A DNA stretch of 64,000 nucleotides from positions 7,812,083-7,876,082 of the forward strand of contig NZ_CP109199.1 in NCBI RefSeq assembly GCF_036250065.1, read 5' to 3'. A program made the position numbers and the translations under genes. Positions 49,362-59,039 of this stretch are shown piece by piece. The stretch comes from Micromonospora sp. NBC_01699 (GTDB lineage Bacteria > Actinomycetota > Actinomycetes > Mycobacteriales > Micromonosporaceae). Each line of letters opens with the position of its first letter. The stretch's first letter is position 1. A model generated the notes under the pieces. That model saw only the letters and a program-made list of their open reading frames with translations. It did no database searches and was not told where the DNA came from.

Positions 49362-49863
49362 CGTCCGGATTCCCTGTCGCGTCGCGCTGCCATAACTATT
49401 GACGGGTCGAGACCCGGGAAAGGCTGCAATTTCCCGGTGACGGTTTCATCAACTCGGCCGGTCGACCATCGAAAGGGCCGACCGTACCCGCCGCTCGTGC
49501 CCGGGCGCCGGCCGATAAGGGCGACGCGGGCAGCTGCTGACTGAGATCATTCCTGACGTTCCGCTCACCGTCACCACCACCCACCGACCCGCCAACGACC
49601 TGGCCAGCCGCCCCGTCCGGGGGTGAGGTGCCGGGGGTGGGGTGCCGACGAGTCCGAGCCGATCGATTCCTCGGCTGTAACCGAGGTCACCCGTACGGCT
49701 GGCCCGCCCACCGGGCGGGGGAGACGTCGGCGGGCGGGCACGCACCGTCGCCACCTAGACTGCGGGGGTACCCGTCGCCGTCGCGGAGGGTCGTCACCTG
49801 CTTGGAATGTCCGCCGATGCGCGGAAAGTCGCTACCCGACCGGGAAACCTCGGAGGTCACCCC

Positions 49864-50571
49864 GTGCCGACGCCCACCACCACGCTGGCCCTGGGGCCTC
49901 AGTTCCTCGACCCGGAGTGGCTGATCTCGACCTTCGGGCTGCTCGGCATCCTGGCCATCGTCTTCGCCGAGTCCGGGCTGCTCATCGGGTTCTTCCTGCC
50001 CGGCGACTCGCTGCTGTTCACCACCGGCCTGCTGACCTCGGACGGGCAGTACATCACGTACCCGATCTGGCTGGTCTGCCTGCTGATCACGATCGCGGCG
50101 ATCGCCGGTGACCAGGTGGGTTACCTGTTCGGCCGGCGGGTCGGCCCGGCGCTGTTCCGCCGCCCGAACTCACGCCTGTTCAAGCAGGAGAACCTGCTCA
50201 AGGCGCACGAGTTCTTCGACAAGTACGGCGCGCGGTCGATCGTGCTGGCCCGATTCGTGCCGATCGTACGGACCTTCACCCCGATCGTGGCCGGGGTGAG
50301 CAAGATGAACTACCGCACGTTCGTGATCTACAACGTGATCGGCGGCGCCCTCTGGGGCACCGGGGTCACCCTGCTCGGCTACTTCCTCGGCCAGATCGAC
50401 TTCGTCAAGGAACACATCGAGATCATCCTGATCCTGATCGTGGTCATCTCGGTCGTACCGATCATCATCGAGCTGCTCCGGGCCCGGCTGGCCGCCCGTC
50501 GCGGCACCACCCCGGCCGAGCAGGCCGCGTTGGACGAGGCCGCCCGGGAGAGCCAGCAGCACCGCCCCTGA
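49864..50571 (+). CDS. DedA/SNARE-associated (TVP38-like) family membrane protein
   Basis: FLPGDSLLFTTGLL...IAGDQVGYLFGRR...ARFVPIVRTFTPIVAGVSKMNYRTF. The likely GTG start is at 49864; the track ORF starts at 49807. Confidence 0.75.
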   Translation: MPTPTTTLALGPQFLDPEWLISTFGLLGILAIVFAESGLLIGFFLPGDSLLFTTGLLTSDGQYITYPIWLVCLLITIAAIAGDQVGYLFGRRVGPALFRRPNSRLFKQENLLKAHEFFDKYGARSIVLARFVPIVRTFTPIVAGVSKMNYRTFVIYNVIGGALWGTGVTLLGYFLGQIDFVKEHIEIILILIVVISVVPIIIELLRARLAARRGTTPAEQAALDEAARESQQHRP

Positions 50572-50574
50572 TCC

Positions 50575-51222
50575 TCAGATCCGGTCGAGCAGGTCGGGCG
50601 GAAGCTCGGTCAGGTCGTCGAGCCGACCGGCGACCAGGGCGTGATAGGTCAGCCGGGCCGCTTCTTCGAGATTGACCGCCCGCTTGTGCGCCAGTTCCAC
50701 GCTGTCGGCCAGCACCGAGCAGCCGTGCCGGCTCAACACCACGCAGTTGGTGCCGTCGGCCACCGCCGCGGCGGCGAGGTCCGCCAGCTCCGCCGAACCC
50801 GGCGGCCGGAACGGCACCCGGACCACCCGGCGCAGGTAGAAGGCATGATCGGTGGTGACCAGCCGGATGGCCACGCCGAGGGCGTCGAGCAGCAGGGCAT
50901 GCTGCGGGTGCAGGTGCACGATCGCCCGTACGTCCGGGCGGGCGCGGTAGGTGGCGAGGTGCAGCGCCAACTCACTCGTCGGCACGCCGCCGTCGGCGGC
51001 ACCGTCGGCGTGCACGGTGCCGTCGGTGATGCCGACCCGCACGAAGTCGGACCGGTCGAGCCGGTCCAACCAGGTGCCGGCCGCGGTGACCCAGCACGAA
51101 TCCGTACCGGGTAGCCGGACGGAAAGGTTTCCGCCGGAGCCCACGACGAGGCCGGACCGCACCACATCGCGGCCGACCCGGGCGAGCTGCGCACGCAGGT
51201 CACCGGTGAGGTCGTCGTTCAC
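50575..51222 (-). CDS. Class II aldolase/adducin family protein (L-fuculose-phosphate aldolase-like)
   Basis: 215 aa with GNLSVRL...HLHPQHALLL...H motifs. Confidence 0.7.
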   Translation of the reverse strand: MNDDLTGDLRAQLARVGRDVVRSGLVVGSGGNLSVRLPGTDSCWVTAAGTWLDRLDRSDFVRVGITDGTVHADGAADGGVPTSELALHLATYRARPDVRAIVHLHPQHALLLDALGVAIRLVTTDHAFYLRRVVRVPFRPPGSAELADLAAAAVADGTNCVVLSRHGCSVLADSVELAHKRAVNLEEAARLTYHALVAGRLDDLTELPPDLLDRI

Positions 51223-51319
51223 CCCAGCGAACCCCGCACCGTCGAGTCCACCCGGAAAGCCGTCGGTCCGTCTGGTGCCACCCGGACAGGGGAGGGCACC
51301 AGACGGGCCGCTCGCTGAT

Positions 51320-51697
51320 TCAGCGAGCCTTCTTGGTGGCTCGCTTACGGGGCGGAGTCAACAGGTCGGCGATCGTAGCGATCGCCGTCGGCACCAGCCG
51401 GTAGTACGCCCACACGCCACGCTTCTCCCGCTCCAGCAAGCCGGCCTCGGTGAGGATACGCAGGTGGTGACTGACCGTCGGCTGCGAGAGGCCGAGAGGT
51501 GCGGTGAGATCACACACGCACGCCTCGCCCTCGGGCGCCGACTGGATCAGACTGAGCAGCCGCAGCCGGGCGGGGTCGGCGAGGGCCTTGAGGACCCCCG
51601 CAAGTCGCTCGGCGTCGGCACGTTCGATCGGCTCGCCGGCAAGCGGCGAGATCTGAGGCATAGTCATTTCAGCCAACGCAGTTCCCACGTTTTCCAT
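51320..51697 (-). CDS. ArsR/SmtB family metalloregulator
   Basis: The helix-turn-helix is LADPARLRLLSLIQSAPEGEACVCDLTAPLGLSQPTVSHHLRILTEAGLL, with a CVC metal site. Confidence 0.8.
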   Translation of the reverse strand: MENVGTALAEMTMPQISPLAGEPIERADAERLAGVLKALADPARLRLLSLIQSAPEGEACVCDLTAPLGLSQPTVSHHLRILTEAGLLEREKRGVWAYYRLVPTAIATIADLLTPPRKRATKKAR

Positions 51698-51754
51698 CCT
51701 TCCACCAGCAGCATCGACCCGCCTGCATATCAGCAGATCCGAATCGTCAAACTT

Positions 51755-52303
51755 TTAGGCCACTAGGCCGAGGTCAGGCAACGTATAGGCCGCTCGGTAT
51801 GGCAGTCCGGCCGCTCGAACGGCGTCGCCCGCGCCTCGATCAACAATAACCGCAACGCCTACAACCTCGGCCCCAGCCTCTTGCAACGCCTCGACCGCGG
51901 TCAGCACACTGCCACCCGTCGTCGAAGTATCCTCCACCGCCAGCACTCGGCGACCGGCCACCTCCGGGCCCTCGATCCGCCGTTGCAGGCCGTGCGTCTT
52001 CTCTGCCTTGCGCACCACGAAGGCATCCAGTCGGCGTCCCGTCGCCGAAGCGGCGTGCAGCATGGACGCGGCGACCGGATCGGCGCCCAGTGTCAGGCCA
52101 CCGACCGCGTCGAAATCCCAGTCTGCGGTCAGGTCGAGCAACACTCGGCCTACCAACGGTGCCGCCGCGTGATGGAGCGTCACGCGGCGCAGATCCACGT
52201 ACCAGTCCGCCTCACGACCGGAGGACAGCACCACCCGGCCGTGTACTACGGCCAGGTCAGAAATGAATTTACGCAGGTCGTCGTGGTCCCCCATGGCGCC
52301 CAA
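51755..52303 (-). CDS. pyrE: Orotate phosphoribosyltransferase
   Basis: The PRPP-binding motif is VLAVEDTSTTGGSVLTAVEAL. 182 aa. Confidence 0.85.
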   Translation of the reverse strand: MGAMGDHDDLRKFISDLAVVHGRVVLSSGREADWYVDLRRVTLHHAAAPLVGRVLLDLTADWDFDAVGGLTLGADPVAASMLHAASATGRRLDAFVVRKAEKTHGLQRRIEGPEVAGRRVLAVEDTSTTGGSVLTAVEALQEAGAEVVGVAVIVDRGAGDAVRAAGLPYRAAYTLPDLGLVA

Positions 52304-52481
52304 GGGTACTGCTCGTGTCTGGGTGCCGTTGGGTGGACCCGACCGGACGACGATCCGAAGCCGACGATGATGGTCAGGAATGACGGTGCGCGACTACGCT
52401 GCGTACTCGGATTTTGGTGTAGCGAACCGGATCGCGGGATCCCCCGGTCGCTCGCCCACGGACCGTCGCCGGGGCGGCGGA

Positions 52482-53348
52482 TCAACGCTCGTCGCGGCCG
52501 ATCCGGGCCCGGCCGCCGCCGCCGAACGTCCGCAGCAGCCCACGGGGCGCGTGCCGCAGCCCGAAGACCGCCGCCTTGTATTTCCAGTCCGGGACGCTGA
52601 CGAACCTACCTTTTCCCAGGTCACGTAGGGCGTCGACCACCACGTCGTCAGCCGAGAGCCACAGCCAATCGGGCATTTTAGACACGTTGATGCCGGCCCG
52701 CTGGTGGAATTCGGTACGGGTGAAGCCGGGGCAGAGGGCCATCACCCGTACGCCGGAGCGGCGGGCGGACAGCCCCACGGACTCGCTGAAATTGGTCACC
52801 CACGCCTTGCTGGCGGAGTAGGTGGAGCCCGGCATTACGGCTCCGAAGCCGGCTACCGAAGAGACATTTATCACTGCCCCATGCCGCCGTACGGTCATCG
52901 TGGCCAGCGCCGCAAGGGTTAACCGCATCACCGCGTGGACATTCAGCCGTAACAACCGGGCCTCATCTTCGGCGGTCGACCTGATGAACGACCGGGCGAG
53001 ACTGATACCCGCACTGTTCACCAGAAGTTCGATCGGTTCGGCCGAATCGGCGAGCCGTCGCTCCACCGCCGCGCACCCGTCGTCCGTACTGAGATCGGCC
53101 GAAAGGATGTCCACCGGAACCCGATGCCGCTCGGTCAACTCCGCCGCCAGCCCGGCCAGCCGGTCCGCGTCGCGGGCGACCAGCACCAGGTGCGTCCCGT
53201 CGGCGGCGAGCCGTCGGGCGAACGCCGCACCGATGCCCGCGGTCGCGCCGGTCACCAGGGCAAGCGCCGGGCCGGTACGGGACGGAACGGGCACTGCTGG
53301 CACGGGCAGGGTCCTTAGCGGTTCGGCGGCGGTGGCACCGGTGGCCAT
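52482..53348 (-). CDS. SDR-family oxidoreductase
   Basis: LALVTGATAGIGAAFARRLA...NSAG...SSVAGFGAVMPGSTYSASKAWV (TGxxxGxG, YxxxK). The start is uncertain. Confidence 0.8.
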   Translation of the reverse strand: MATGATAAEPLRTLPVPAVPVPSRTGPALALVTGATAGIGAAFARRLAADGTHLVLVARDADRLAGLAAELTERHRVPVDILSADLSTDDGCAAVERRLADSAEPIELLVNSAGISLARSFIRSTAEDEARLLRLNVHAVMRLTLAALATMTVRRHGAVINVSSVAGFGAVMPGSTYSASKAWVTNFSESVGLSARRSGVRVMALCPGFTRTEFHQRAGINVSKMPDWLWLSADDVVVDALRDLGKGRFVSVPDWKYKAAVFGLRHAPRGLLRTFGGGGRARIGRDER

Positions 53349-53968
53349 ACCGGGACGGACGCCCGCTCACGGAAGAAGGCGTTCGCCGCGGGCAGCACCA
53401 GCAGCGTTGCTACTACAAAGTAACCGAGTGCCTGAGCCACCGAAAGACCGGCGGTCAGCGGAACCCACCAGGACGGGTACGCGTCGGTCAACGCCCGGAT
53501 CGCCTCGGCCGACATCCGGTCGTCCCCGCCGCCGGTCAGCGGCACCGCCCGCTGCACGATCAGTGCCGCCAGCGTGCCGCACCCGCAGAGCAGACCGAGC
53601 CCGCAGACCACCCAGGTGGCGATCCGGACCCGGTTGCGGCCCCGCAGGTTGCCCACCGCCAACCCGACCAGCAGGGCGGCCGCCCCGACCGCCACGGCGG
53701 TGCTGATCCCCGCACCGACCCGCAGCAGCGCGACCAAGCCGTCGATCTCCGACCGGTCGACCCCGGCCGGCTCGGCGGCGGCCCGGAACCGGTCCACCGT
53801 GCCGGTCGACGTGACCAGCCCGACCAACGCGTGGACCAGCCCACCGGTCGCCATCACGCCCAGCACGACAGCGGCCAGCAGCACCGCCCCCGGCCGCCGG
53901 CTCGGTGCCACGGCCGACACCGGGTCGGGCCAACCGGCCGTCGGCGGAACCACACCGCCGGGCCACAT
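53315..53968 (-). CDS. Pro-rich-tailed multi-TM membrane protein, paralogue A of a three-member family
   Basis: The conserved motifs are NLRGRNRVRIATWVVCG and PAANAFFRERASVPVWPPVPPPP. Start ATG at 53966-53968. Confidence 0.5.
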   Translation of the reverse strand: MWPGGVVPPTAGWPDPVSAVAPSRRPGAVLLAAVVLGVMATGGLVHALVGLVTSTGTVDRFRAAAEPAGVDRSEIDGLVALLRVGAGISTAVAVGAAALLVGLAVGNLRGRNRVRIATWVVCGLGLLCGCGTLAALIVQRAVPLTGGGDDRMSAEAIRALTDAYPSWWVPLTAGLSVAQALGYFVVATLLVLPAANAFFRERASVPVWPPVPPPPNR

Positions 53969-54127
53969 GTGCGCTGGTTCCGACACGACAGATCCCCCCG
54001 AGTAGGCGTCGGAATGCAACCTACTCGGGAAGATCACCCGGAAGTCCGATCCCGGTCCGACCAATTTGACGAGTCGCCGATCCGGTCGGCCGACAAGCGC
54101 TCTCCGGTCGGCTTTCGGATGGTCCGA

Positions 54128-54886
54128 TCAGCCGTTGGACGGCCCGGACGGCGGGGGTGCCGACGGCGGGAATTCCCGTCGGTCGTCCGGGTCGCCGCCG
54201 GACGGGTCGACCGGCGGGCTGCCGGCGCCCGGTCCGGACCACTGCTGCGGGCCGGCCGGCGGCATCGCCTGGGGAAAACCGGGGTACGCCGAGCCGGGCA
54301 CGGGCGGCTGCCAGACCGGCTGCGGCTTGCGGAAGAACTCGTTCGAGGGCGGCAGGGCCAGCAGGATCAGCGCCACCAGCACCGCTATCACCGTCAGTAC
54401 GCTGACCAGCGTGGTCACCGGGGTGTACCAGCCCGGCAGCCGGTCGTCCAACATGCGCTGGACCTCGGCCTCGTCCGGCAGGTTGGCATCGCCGGAGGAC
54501 GGGCTGAGCGCGCTGCCGGCCGCGCTCAGCGAGAGGGCCGCGATCGAGCAGCAGAGGAAGAGACCACCGAGCACCCAGGTCACGATCCGAGCGGGGTTCT
54601 TGCCACGGTTGTTCAGCAGTGCGAGGACCACCAACCCGATGGCGACGATCAGCCCGATCACCGCGCCAGCGATCACCGTCACGCTGCCCACCGCACCCGC
54701 ACCCGCCAGGTCGCTGCCGGCGTACGCCTCTTCGTAGACATCGTTGATGGTGCCGATGAACGGGAGTGCTATGAGCGCTCCGATCAGTTGGAGCGCGGCG
54801 GCCAGGTAGAGCAGGTAGCCGGCGACGGTGACGGTGCTGGGGCGCGGCCTCGCCGCGGCGCTCGCCGGATTGTGTGGATCAGACAC
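54128..54886 (-). CDS. Pro-rich-tailed multi-TM membrane protein, paralogue B
   Basis: NNRGKNPARIVTWVLGG and PPSNEFFRKPQPVWQPPVPG. A Pro/Gly-rich C-terminal tail. Confidence 0.5.
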   Translation of the reverse strand: MSDPHNPASAAARPRPSTVTVAGYLLYLAAALQLIGALIALPFIGTINDVYEEAYAGSDLAGAGAVGSVTVIAGAVIGLIVAIGLVVLALLNNRGKNPARIVTWVLGGLFLCCSIAALSLSAAGSALSPSSGDANLPDEAEVQRMLDDRLPGWYTPVTTLVSVLTVIAVLVALILLALPPSNEFFRKPQPVWQPPVPGSAYPGFPQAMPPAGPQQWSGPGAGSPPVDPSGGDPDDRREFPPSAPPPSGPSNG

Positions 54887-55018
54887 GGCGCTCCCTCCAC
54901 AGATCGAGAATTACCGTATCGGTACCCCGCCAGCCCGACAGACCAAACCGGCGTGTCGAAGCACGACACGACACAAAATCATCACTGAGCCTCGATGTGT
55001 CACCCCTTCGCGCGGCGG

Positions 55019-56626
55019 TCAGTAGCTGCGCCACTCGGCCCGGGCGTATTCGAGCACCCGTGGGTGCAGCAGGGTCGACGGCGGCAGGTCCTGCCGGCGC
55101 CGGTCCGGGGGGAAGTTCGCGGCCAGCCGGAGCGTGTCCGCGTCGAGGAACCGCAACGGCGGTACGTCCGACGGCAGCCCCAGCACCGGCGCGGTCGCAC
55201 CCGGCGCCGCCAGCACGAAGCCCCAGTCCCCGAAGGACGGCACGTCCACGTGGTACGGCGTGGTGGTGAAGCCGGCAGCTCGGATCGACGCCTCGATGCA
55301 CCAGTACGACTTAGCCGCGAAGTAGGGCGAACCGGACTGGACCACCAGCCGTCCGCTCTCGGCCAGCACGGCGCGTACCAGTGCGTAGAACTCCACCGAG
55401 TAGAGCTTGGCGGTGGCCGTCTCGTCCGGGTCGGGCAGGTCCACCACTATCGCGTCGAACCGTTGCGCCTGGGTACGCATCCACTGGAACGCGTCGGCGT
55501 TGACCACCCGCACCCGGGGATCGGCGAACGCGTCGGCGTTGAGCGTACGGAGCTGTGGCTCGGTCCGGGCCAGCCGGACCACCGCCGGGTCGAGTTCCAC
55601 CACCGTCACCGAGTCGACGTCGGGATAGCGCAGCAGCTCCCGTACGGCGAGCCCGTCACCGCCGCCGAGGACCAGCACGGAACCCCGGCTGCCACTGAGC
55701 ACCGGATGCACCAGCGCCTCGTGGTAGCGGTACTCGTCGACCGAACTGAACTGGAGGTCCCCGTTGAGGAACAGCCGCAGGTCGGTCACGCCCTGCGAGA
55801 CGAGCGGAACCGACCGGGTCAGCACGATCTCCTGGTACGGGGTGCGCTCGGCGTACACCACCGGGTCCCGGAAGAGCTGCTGCCGGGCGGTCACCTCGAA
55901 GTCGTACGCCGTCACGTAGGCGTACCCGAGGATCAGCCCGACCAGCACGGACCCGGCGGCCAGGCCGACCCTGGCCCGCCGACCCAGCTCGCGCCGGAAC
56001 ACGGTGTAGACCAGCGCGAGCCCGGCGATAGCGTTCACCACGCCGACCACGAGCACCCCGCGCAGCTGGCCGAACACCGGCATCAGCAGAAACGGGAAGG
56101 CCAGCCCGCCGAGCAGGGCGCCGACGTAGTCGGCGGCGAACAGGTCGGCGACCGCGCTGCCGGCCGACTGCGCCCGGATCCGTTGCAGCAGCACCATCAG
56201 CAGCGGGATCTCCGCCCCGATCAGCAGACCGAGCAGGAACGCGGTGCCGACCAGGGCCGGGACGTACAGGTCGAGCCAGGCGAAGGCGGCGTAGAGCCCG
56301 AGCACCGAGAGCCCGCCGAACAGGGCGAGGGCGAGTTCCACGGCGGCGAACGCGACCGCCGCACGGGACTGCAACGGCTTGGCGGCGAGCGCACCGATGC
56401 CCATCGCGAAGACCATCACCCCGAGCACGATCGACGCCTGCCCGACCGTGTCCCCGATCAGGTAGCTGCCCAGCGCCACCAGCGCCAACTCGTAGACCAG
56501 CCCGCACGCGGCACAGACAAAAACCGCCGCGAGTACGGCCGCCCGCGCCCCCCGCCAGCGCGGACGCGCGGACGTCTCGGCCGGATCGGACGTCGAGGCC
56601 GGGTCGGTCACCGCCTCAACCGTCAT
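55019..56626 (-). CDS. speE: Polyamine aminopropyltransferase (spermidine synthase) fused to an N-terminal multi-TM domain
   Basis: VLVLGGGDGLAVRELLRY...VVELDPAVV...AIVVDLPDPD...LYSVEFY. 535 aa, as in mycobacterial SpeE. Confidence 0.85.
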   Translation of the reverse strand: MTVEAVTDPASTSDPAETSARPRWRGARAAVLAAVFVCAACGLVYELALVALGSYLIGDTVGQASIVLGVMVFAMGIGALAAKPLQSRAAVAFAAVELALALFGGLSVLGLYAAFAWLDLYVPALVGTAFLLGLLIGAEIPLLMVLLQRIRAQSAGSAVADLFAADYVGALLGGLAFPFLLMPVFGQLRGVLVVGVVNAIAGLALVYTVFRRELGRRARVGLAAGSVLVGLILGYAYVTAYDFEVTARQQLFRDPVVYAERTPYQEIVLTRSVPLVSQGVTDLRLFLNGDLQFSSVDEYRYHEALVHPVLSGSRGSVLVLGGGDGLAVRELLRYPDVDSVTVVELDPAVVRLARTEPQLRTLNADAFADPRVRVVNADAFQWMRTQAQRFDAIVVDLPDPDETATAKLYSVEFYALVRAVLAESGRLVVQSGSPYFAAKSYWCIEASIRAAGFTTTPYHVDVPSFGDWGFVLAAPGATAPVLGLPSDVPPLRFLDADTLRLAANFPPDRRRQDLPPSTLLHPRVLEYARAEWRSY

Positions 56627-57609
56627 CGCTGCCGACCGCTCGGACCGGCAACCGTGCCGGTGCCGTTGCCGTTGCCGTTGCCGGTGCCGTTGCCGGTGCC
56701 GGTGCCGGTGCCGTCGGACGGTTTCTTCGGCTTCGTGCCGCCGCGCTGGTGGCGTCGCTCGAACCAGCCGACGGCCAGCAGGAGCACGCTGATCAGGAAG
56801 AGGAAGCCGGCACCGATGGCCTGGAACGAGCGGTCACGCCAGAAGTCGCTGCCCGGATCCGGGAGCGCCGCCAGGGTGGCCTGCGGTGACGGTGACGGCG
56901 ACGGCCCCGCTCCGGACGTCGGTACGGGTGCGGCCGGCACCGCGTCGGACTCGGCCACCAGCAACGGCAGGAACACCGCCGCCCGGCAGATCGCCCAGCC
57001 CGGATCGGCGAGAAAGTCGTCGTCGGTCAGCCCCAACCGGCTCAGCCCTTCGACGTAGTCGATCCCCGACAGGTCGTCGGAACTGGTCACCCAGAACGAG
57101 GCCCAGTCCTCGCTCTCGCTGGACTCCTCGGTGTAGGTGACATCGGCGATGACCTTCACCCACCGCGAACACTGTGACGGGTCGGTGCCCAGCGCCACAC
57201 TGACGCCGAGATTCGAGCCGACACTGACCTTTTGGGTCCCGCCCAGAAGCTCCCACCCGTAGCAGATTTCCTGCGTCCGATGGGCGTTACGCAGCAGCAC
57301 GACGGTATCGGCGCGCTCGGTCGGTTCCGGCCCCGGCACCGCCGTACCACTAGCGTCGTTGGAAACGTCGCCCCCGGCATTGACGACCCACACCACCACG
57401 ATGGCCAGCACGGCGACCAGCACCGCGCCGCCGATCTTGATCCGCCTGGCGATCCGCTGGTCCCGCGTGCGCGGGCGACCTGTGGGCCGCTTCGCAGCCG
57501 CCGCCCGTCGCGCCGTTTCGGCCCGCTTCGCCGCCGCCGCTCGCTTCGCCGCCTCAGCCGGACTCAGGGGCGGCTTCGCCTGCTGGTCCCGCCCCGATCT
57601 GTCCGCCAT
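56623..57609 (-). CDS. Membrane protein with a basic N-terminus, TM helices and a C-terminal (GNG/GTG)n tail
   Basis: 328 aa with TM helices IGGAVLVAVLAIVVVWVV and GAGFLFLISVLLLAVGWF. The tail GTGTGNGTGNGNGNGTG is encoded by hexanucleotide repeats at 56644-56705. Confidence 0.5.
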   Translation of the reverse strand: MADRSGRDQQAKPPLSPAEAAKRAAAAKRAETARRAAAAKRPTGRPRTRDQRIARRIKIGGAVLVAVLAIVVVWVVNAGGDVSNDASGTAVPGPEPTERADTVVLLRNAHRTQEICYGWELLGGTQKVSVGSNLGVSVALGTDPSQCSRWVKVIADVTYTEESSESEDWASFWVTSSDDLSGIDYVEGLSRLGLTDDDFLADPGWAICRAAVFLPLLVAESDAVPAAPVPTSGAGPSPSPSPQATLAALPDPGSDFWRDRSFQAIGAGFLFLISVLLLAVGWFERRHQRGGTKPKKPSDGTGTGTGNGTGNGNGNGTGTVAGPSGRQR

Positions 57610-58034
57610 CAGCTGATCGCGGCGGCGATCACGGCGCCCGTGGCGAGGTGCACCACCGCCGAGACCCAGACGGCCGGGTGCGGTTCCGGGTCGACCAGGA
57701 TCTCGCCCAGCCGGCCCGGCGTAGCCATGTCCAGCAGGAGGAACGCGCCGGCCATGATGACCAGCCCGATCAGCCCGTACGCGGCACTGCCGACCAGGCC
57801 GGCGACGAAGTCGTCGTCACTGGCCACGATCGCGGTGGTCACGATGATGCCGACGCCGGCCAGGTTCGAGGTGAGCAGCAGCGCGGCGTTGCGGTTCCGG
57901 TCGGCCCAGATCAGCTCGTGCAGCCGACCCGGTGTGGCCATGTCGACCAGGGCGTAACCGACGCCCATCAGCAGCACACCGACCACGCCGAAGGCGAGCG
58001 TGGCCAGCAGGTCGTTGGCGAGGGTGCTCAACAT
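57609..58034 (-). CDS. DUF350-type tandem-repeat small membrane protein
   Basis: Two repeats of (A/G)xxLLLDMATPGRL(x)E(I/L). Start ATG at 58032-58034. Confidence 0.55.
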   Translation of the reverse strand: MLSTLANDLLATLAFGVVGVLLMGVGYALVDMATPGRLHELIWADRNRNAALLLTSNLAGVGIIVTTAIVASDDDFVAGLVGSAAYGLIGLVIMAGAFLLLDMATPGRLGEILVDPEPHPAVWVSAVVHLATGAVIAAAIS

Positions 58035-58066
58035 GGGACTCCCGAGGGATGAGGAGGGAAGACGAA

Positions 58067-58492
58067 CTACTTGCCGGCGCCGGGACCGCCGCCCCGTACG
58101 GTCACGCCCCGCCCCCAGCCCCACTCGTTACCGACCTTGGAGTGGTAGCGCCCTTGGGCGGTGGTGACCTTTTCCAGCAGGATCAGCGAGCCGCCGGCCA
58201 ACGGCAGGATCACCACCGAGTCGTCGTCGTAACGCAGGTAGACCCCGCTGGCGTCGACGTACTGGTCGGCCGGGCGCCAGTGGCCGGTGACCTCCTTGGC
58301 CACCGCGCTGGGTGCCTTGTTCGAGCTGTAGGCCATTGCCTGCGACCCGATGTCCCGGGTCGCCGACCGGGAGTAGTGGTCCTGGACGTATCCCCGTGGC
58401 GAGAAGTTGCCGTAGAAGATCGCGAATCCGGCGACCAGCGACCCCACCAGGGCGAACGCCGATCCGACAAAGAGCCACCTGCGGTACGTCAT
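58067..58492 (-). CDS. Conserved hypothetical membrane-anchored protein of the speE-associated cluster
   Basis: ATG at 58490-58492. One N-terminal TM helix (WLFVGSAFALVGSLVAGFAIF). Confidence 0.45.
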   Translation of the reverse strand: MTYRRWLFVGSAFALVGSLVAGFAIFYGNFSPRGYVQDHYSRSATRDIGSQAMAYSSNKAPSAVAKEVTGHWRPADQYVDASGVYLRYDDDSVVILPLAGGSLILLEKVTTAQGRYHSKVGNEWGWGRGVTVRGGGPGAGK

Positions 58493-59037
58493 GCCGTACT
58501 CACCACCGTCTCGGTCTCGACTAGCTCGCCACTTTGCGGGTACGCGTGCCAGGTGCTCCAACCGATCGCCATCGTGCCGCCGGACCGGTCGGTGGTGTGG
58601 TCCCGGTGCAGCCGCAGCGCGGTGATCGCTTCCGGGCCGCCGGGAAAGACCCCGATCAACGCGTACGGGTCGTCGGCGAGGTCCCGCCGCAACACGGCCG
58701 TACGGGCCGACATCTCGGCCGGGTCCAGCCGCAGCACCCGTGCGGCGAACCGGTAGCCGTTGACCGGATCGGCCAGTTCCGCCGGCAGCTCGGGTTGCCG
58801 GCCCGGCAGGCAGGCCACCGTCTCGACCAGCTCCCCCGACGGCACGAGCGGGTCACCGTCGCGCCGGAGTACCACCTGGTGGGAGGCGCCGAGCAGGCGC
58901 AGTCGCAGGCGCACGCCGGGCCGGTCCGGATGGACCAGGTCGAGTACGTGCAACGCCGGCAGTTCCGGCCCACCGAGCGCGAGACTCAGCTCGGCGGCGG
59001 TGGTGTCGGCGTACGGGGCGTCCAGGGTGACGAGCAT
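58489..59037 (-). CDS. Conserved hypothetical protein of the speE-associated cluster
   Basis: 182 aa, coupled to flanking genes by 4-nt overlaps. Confidence 0.45.
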   Translation of the reverse strand: MLVTLDAPYADTTAAELSLALGGPELPALHVLDLVHPDRPGVRLRLRLLGASHQVVLRRDGDPLVPSGELVETVACLPGRQPELPAELADPVNGYRFAARVLRLDPAEMSARTAVLRRDLADDPYALIGVFPGGPEAITALRLHRDHTTDRSGGTMAIGWSTWHAYPQSGELVETETVVSTA

Positions 59038-59039
59038 GT

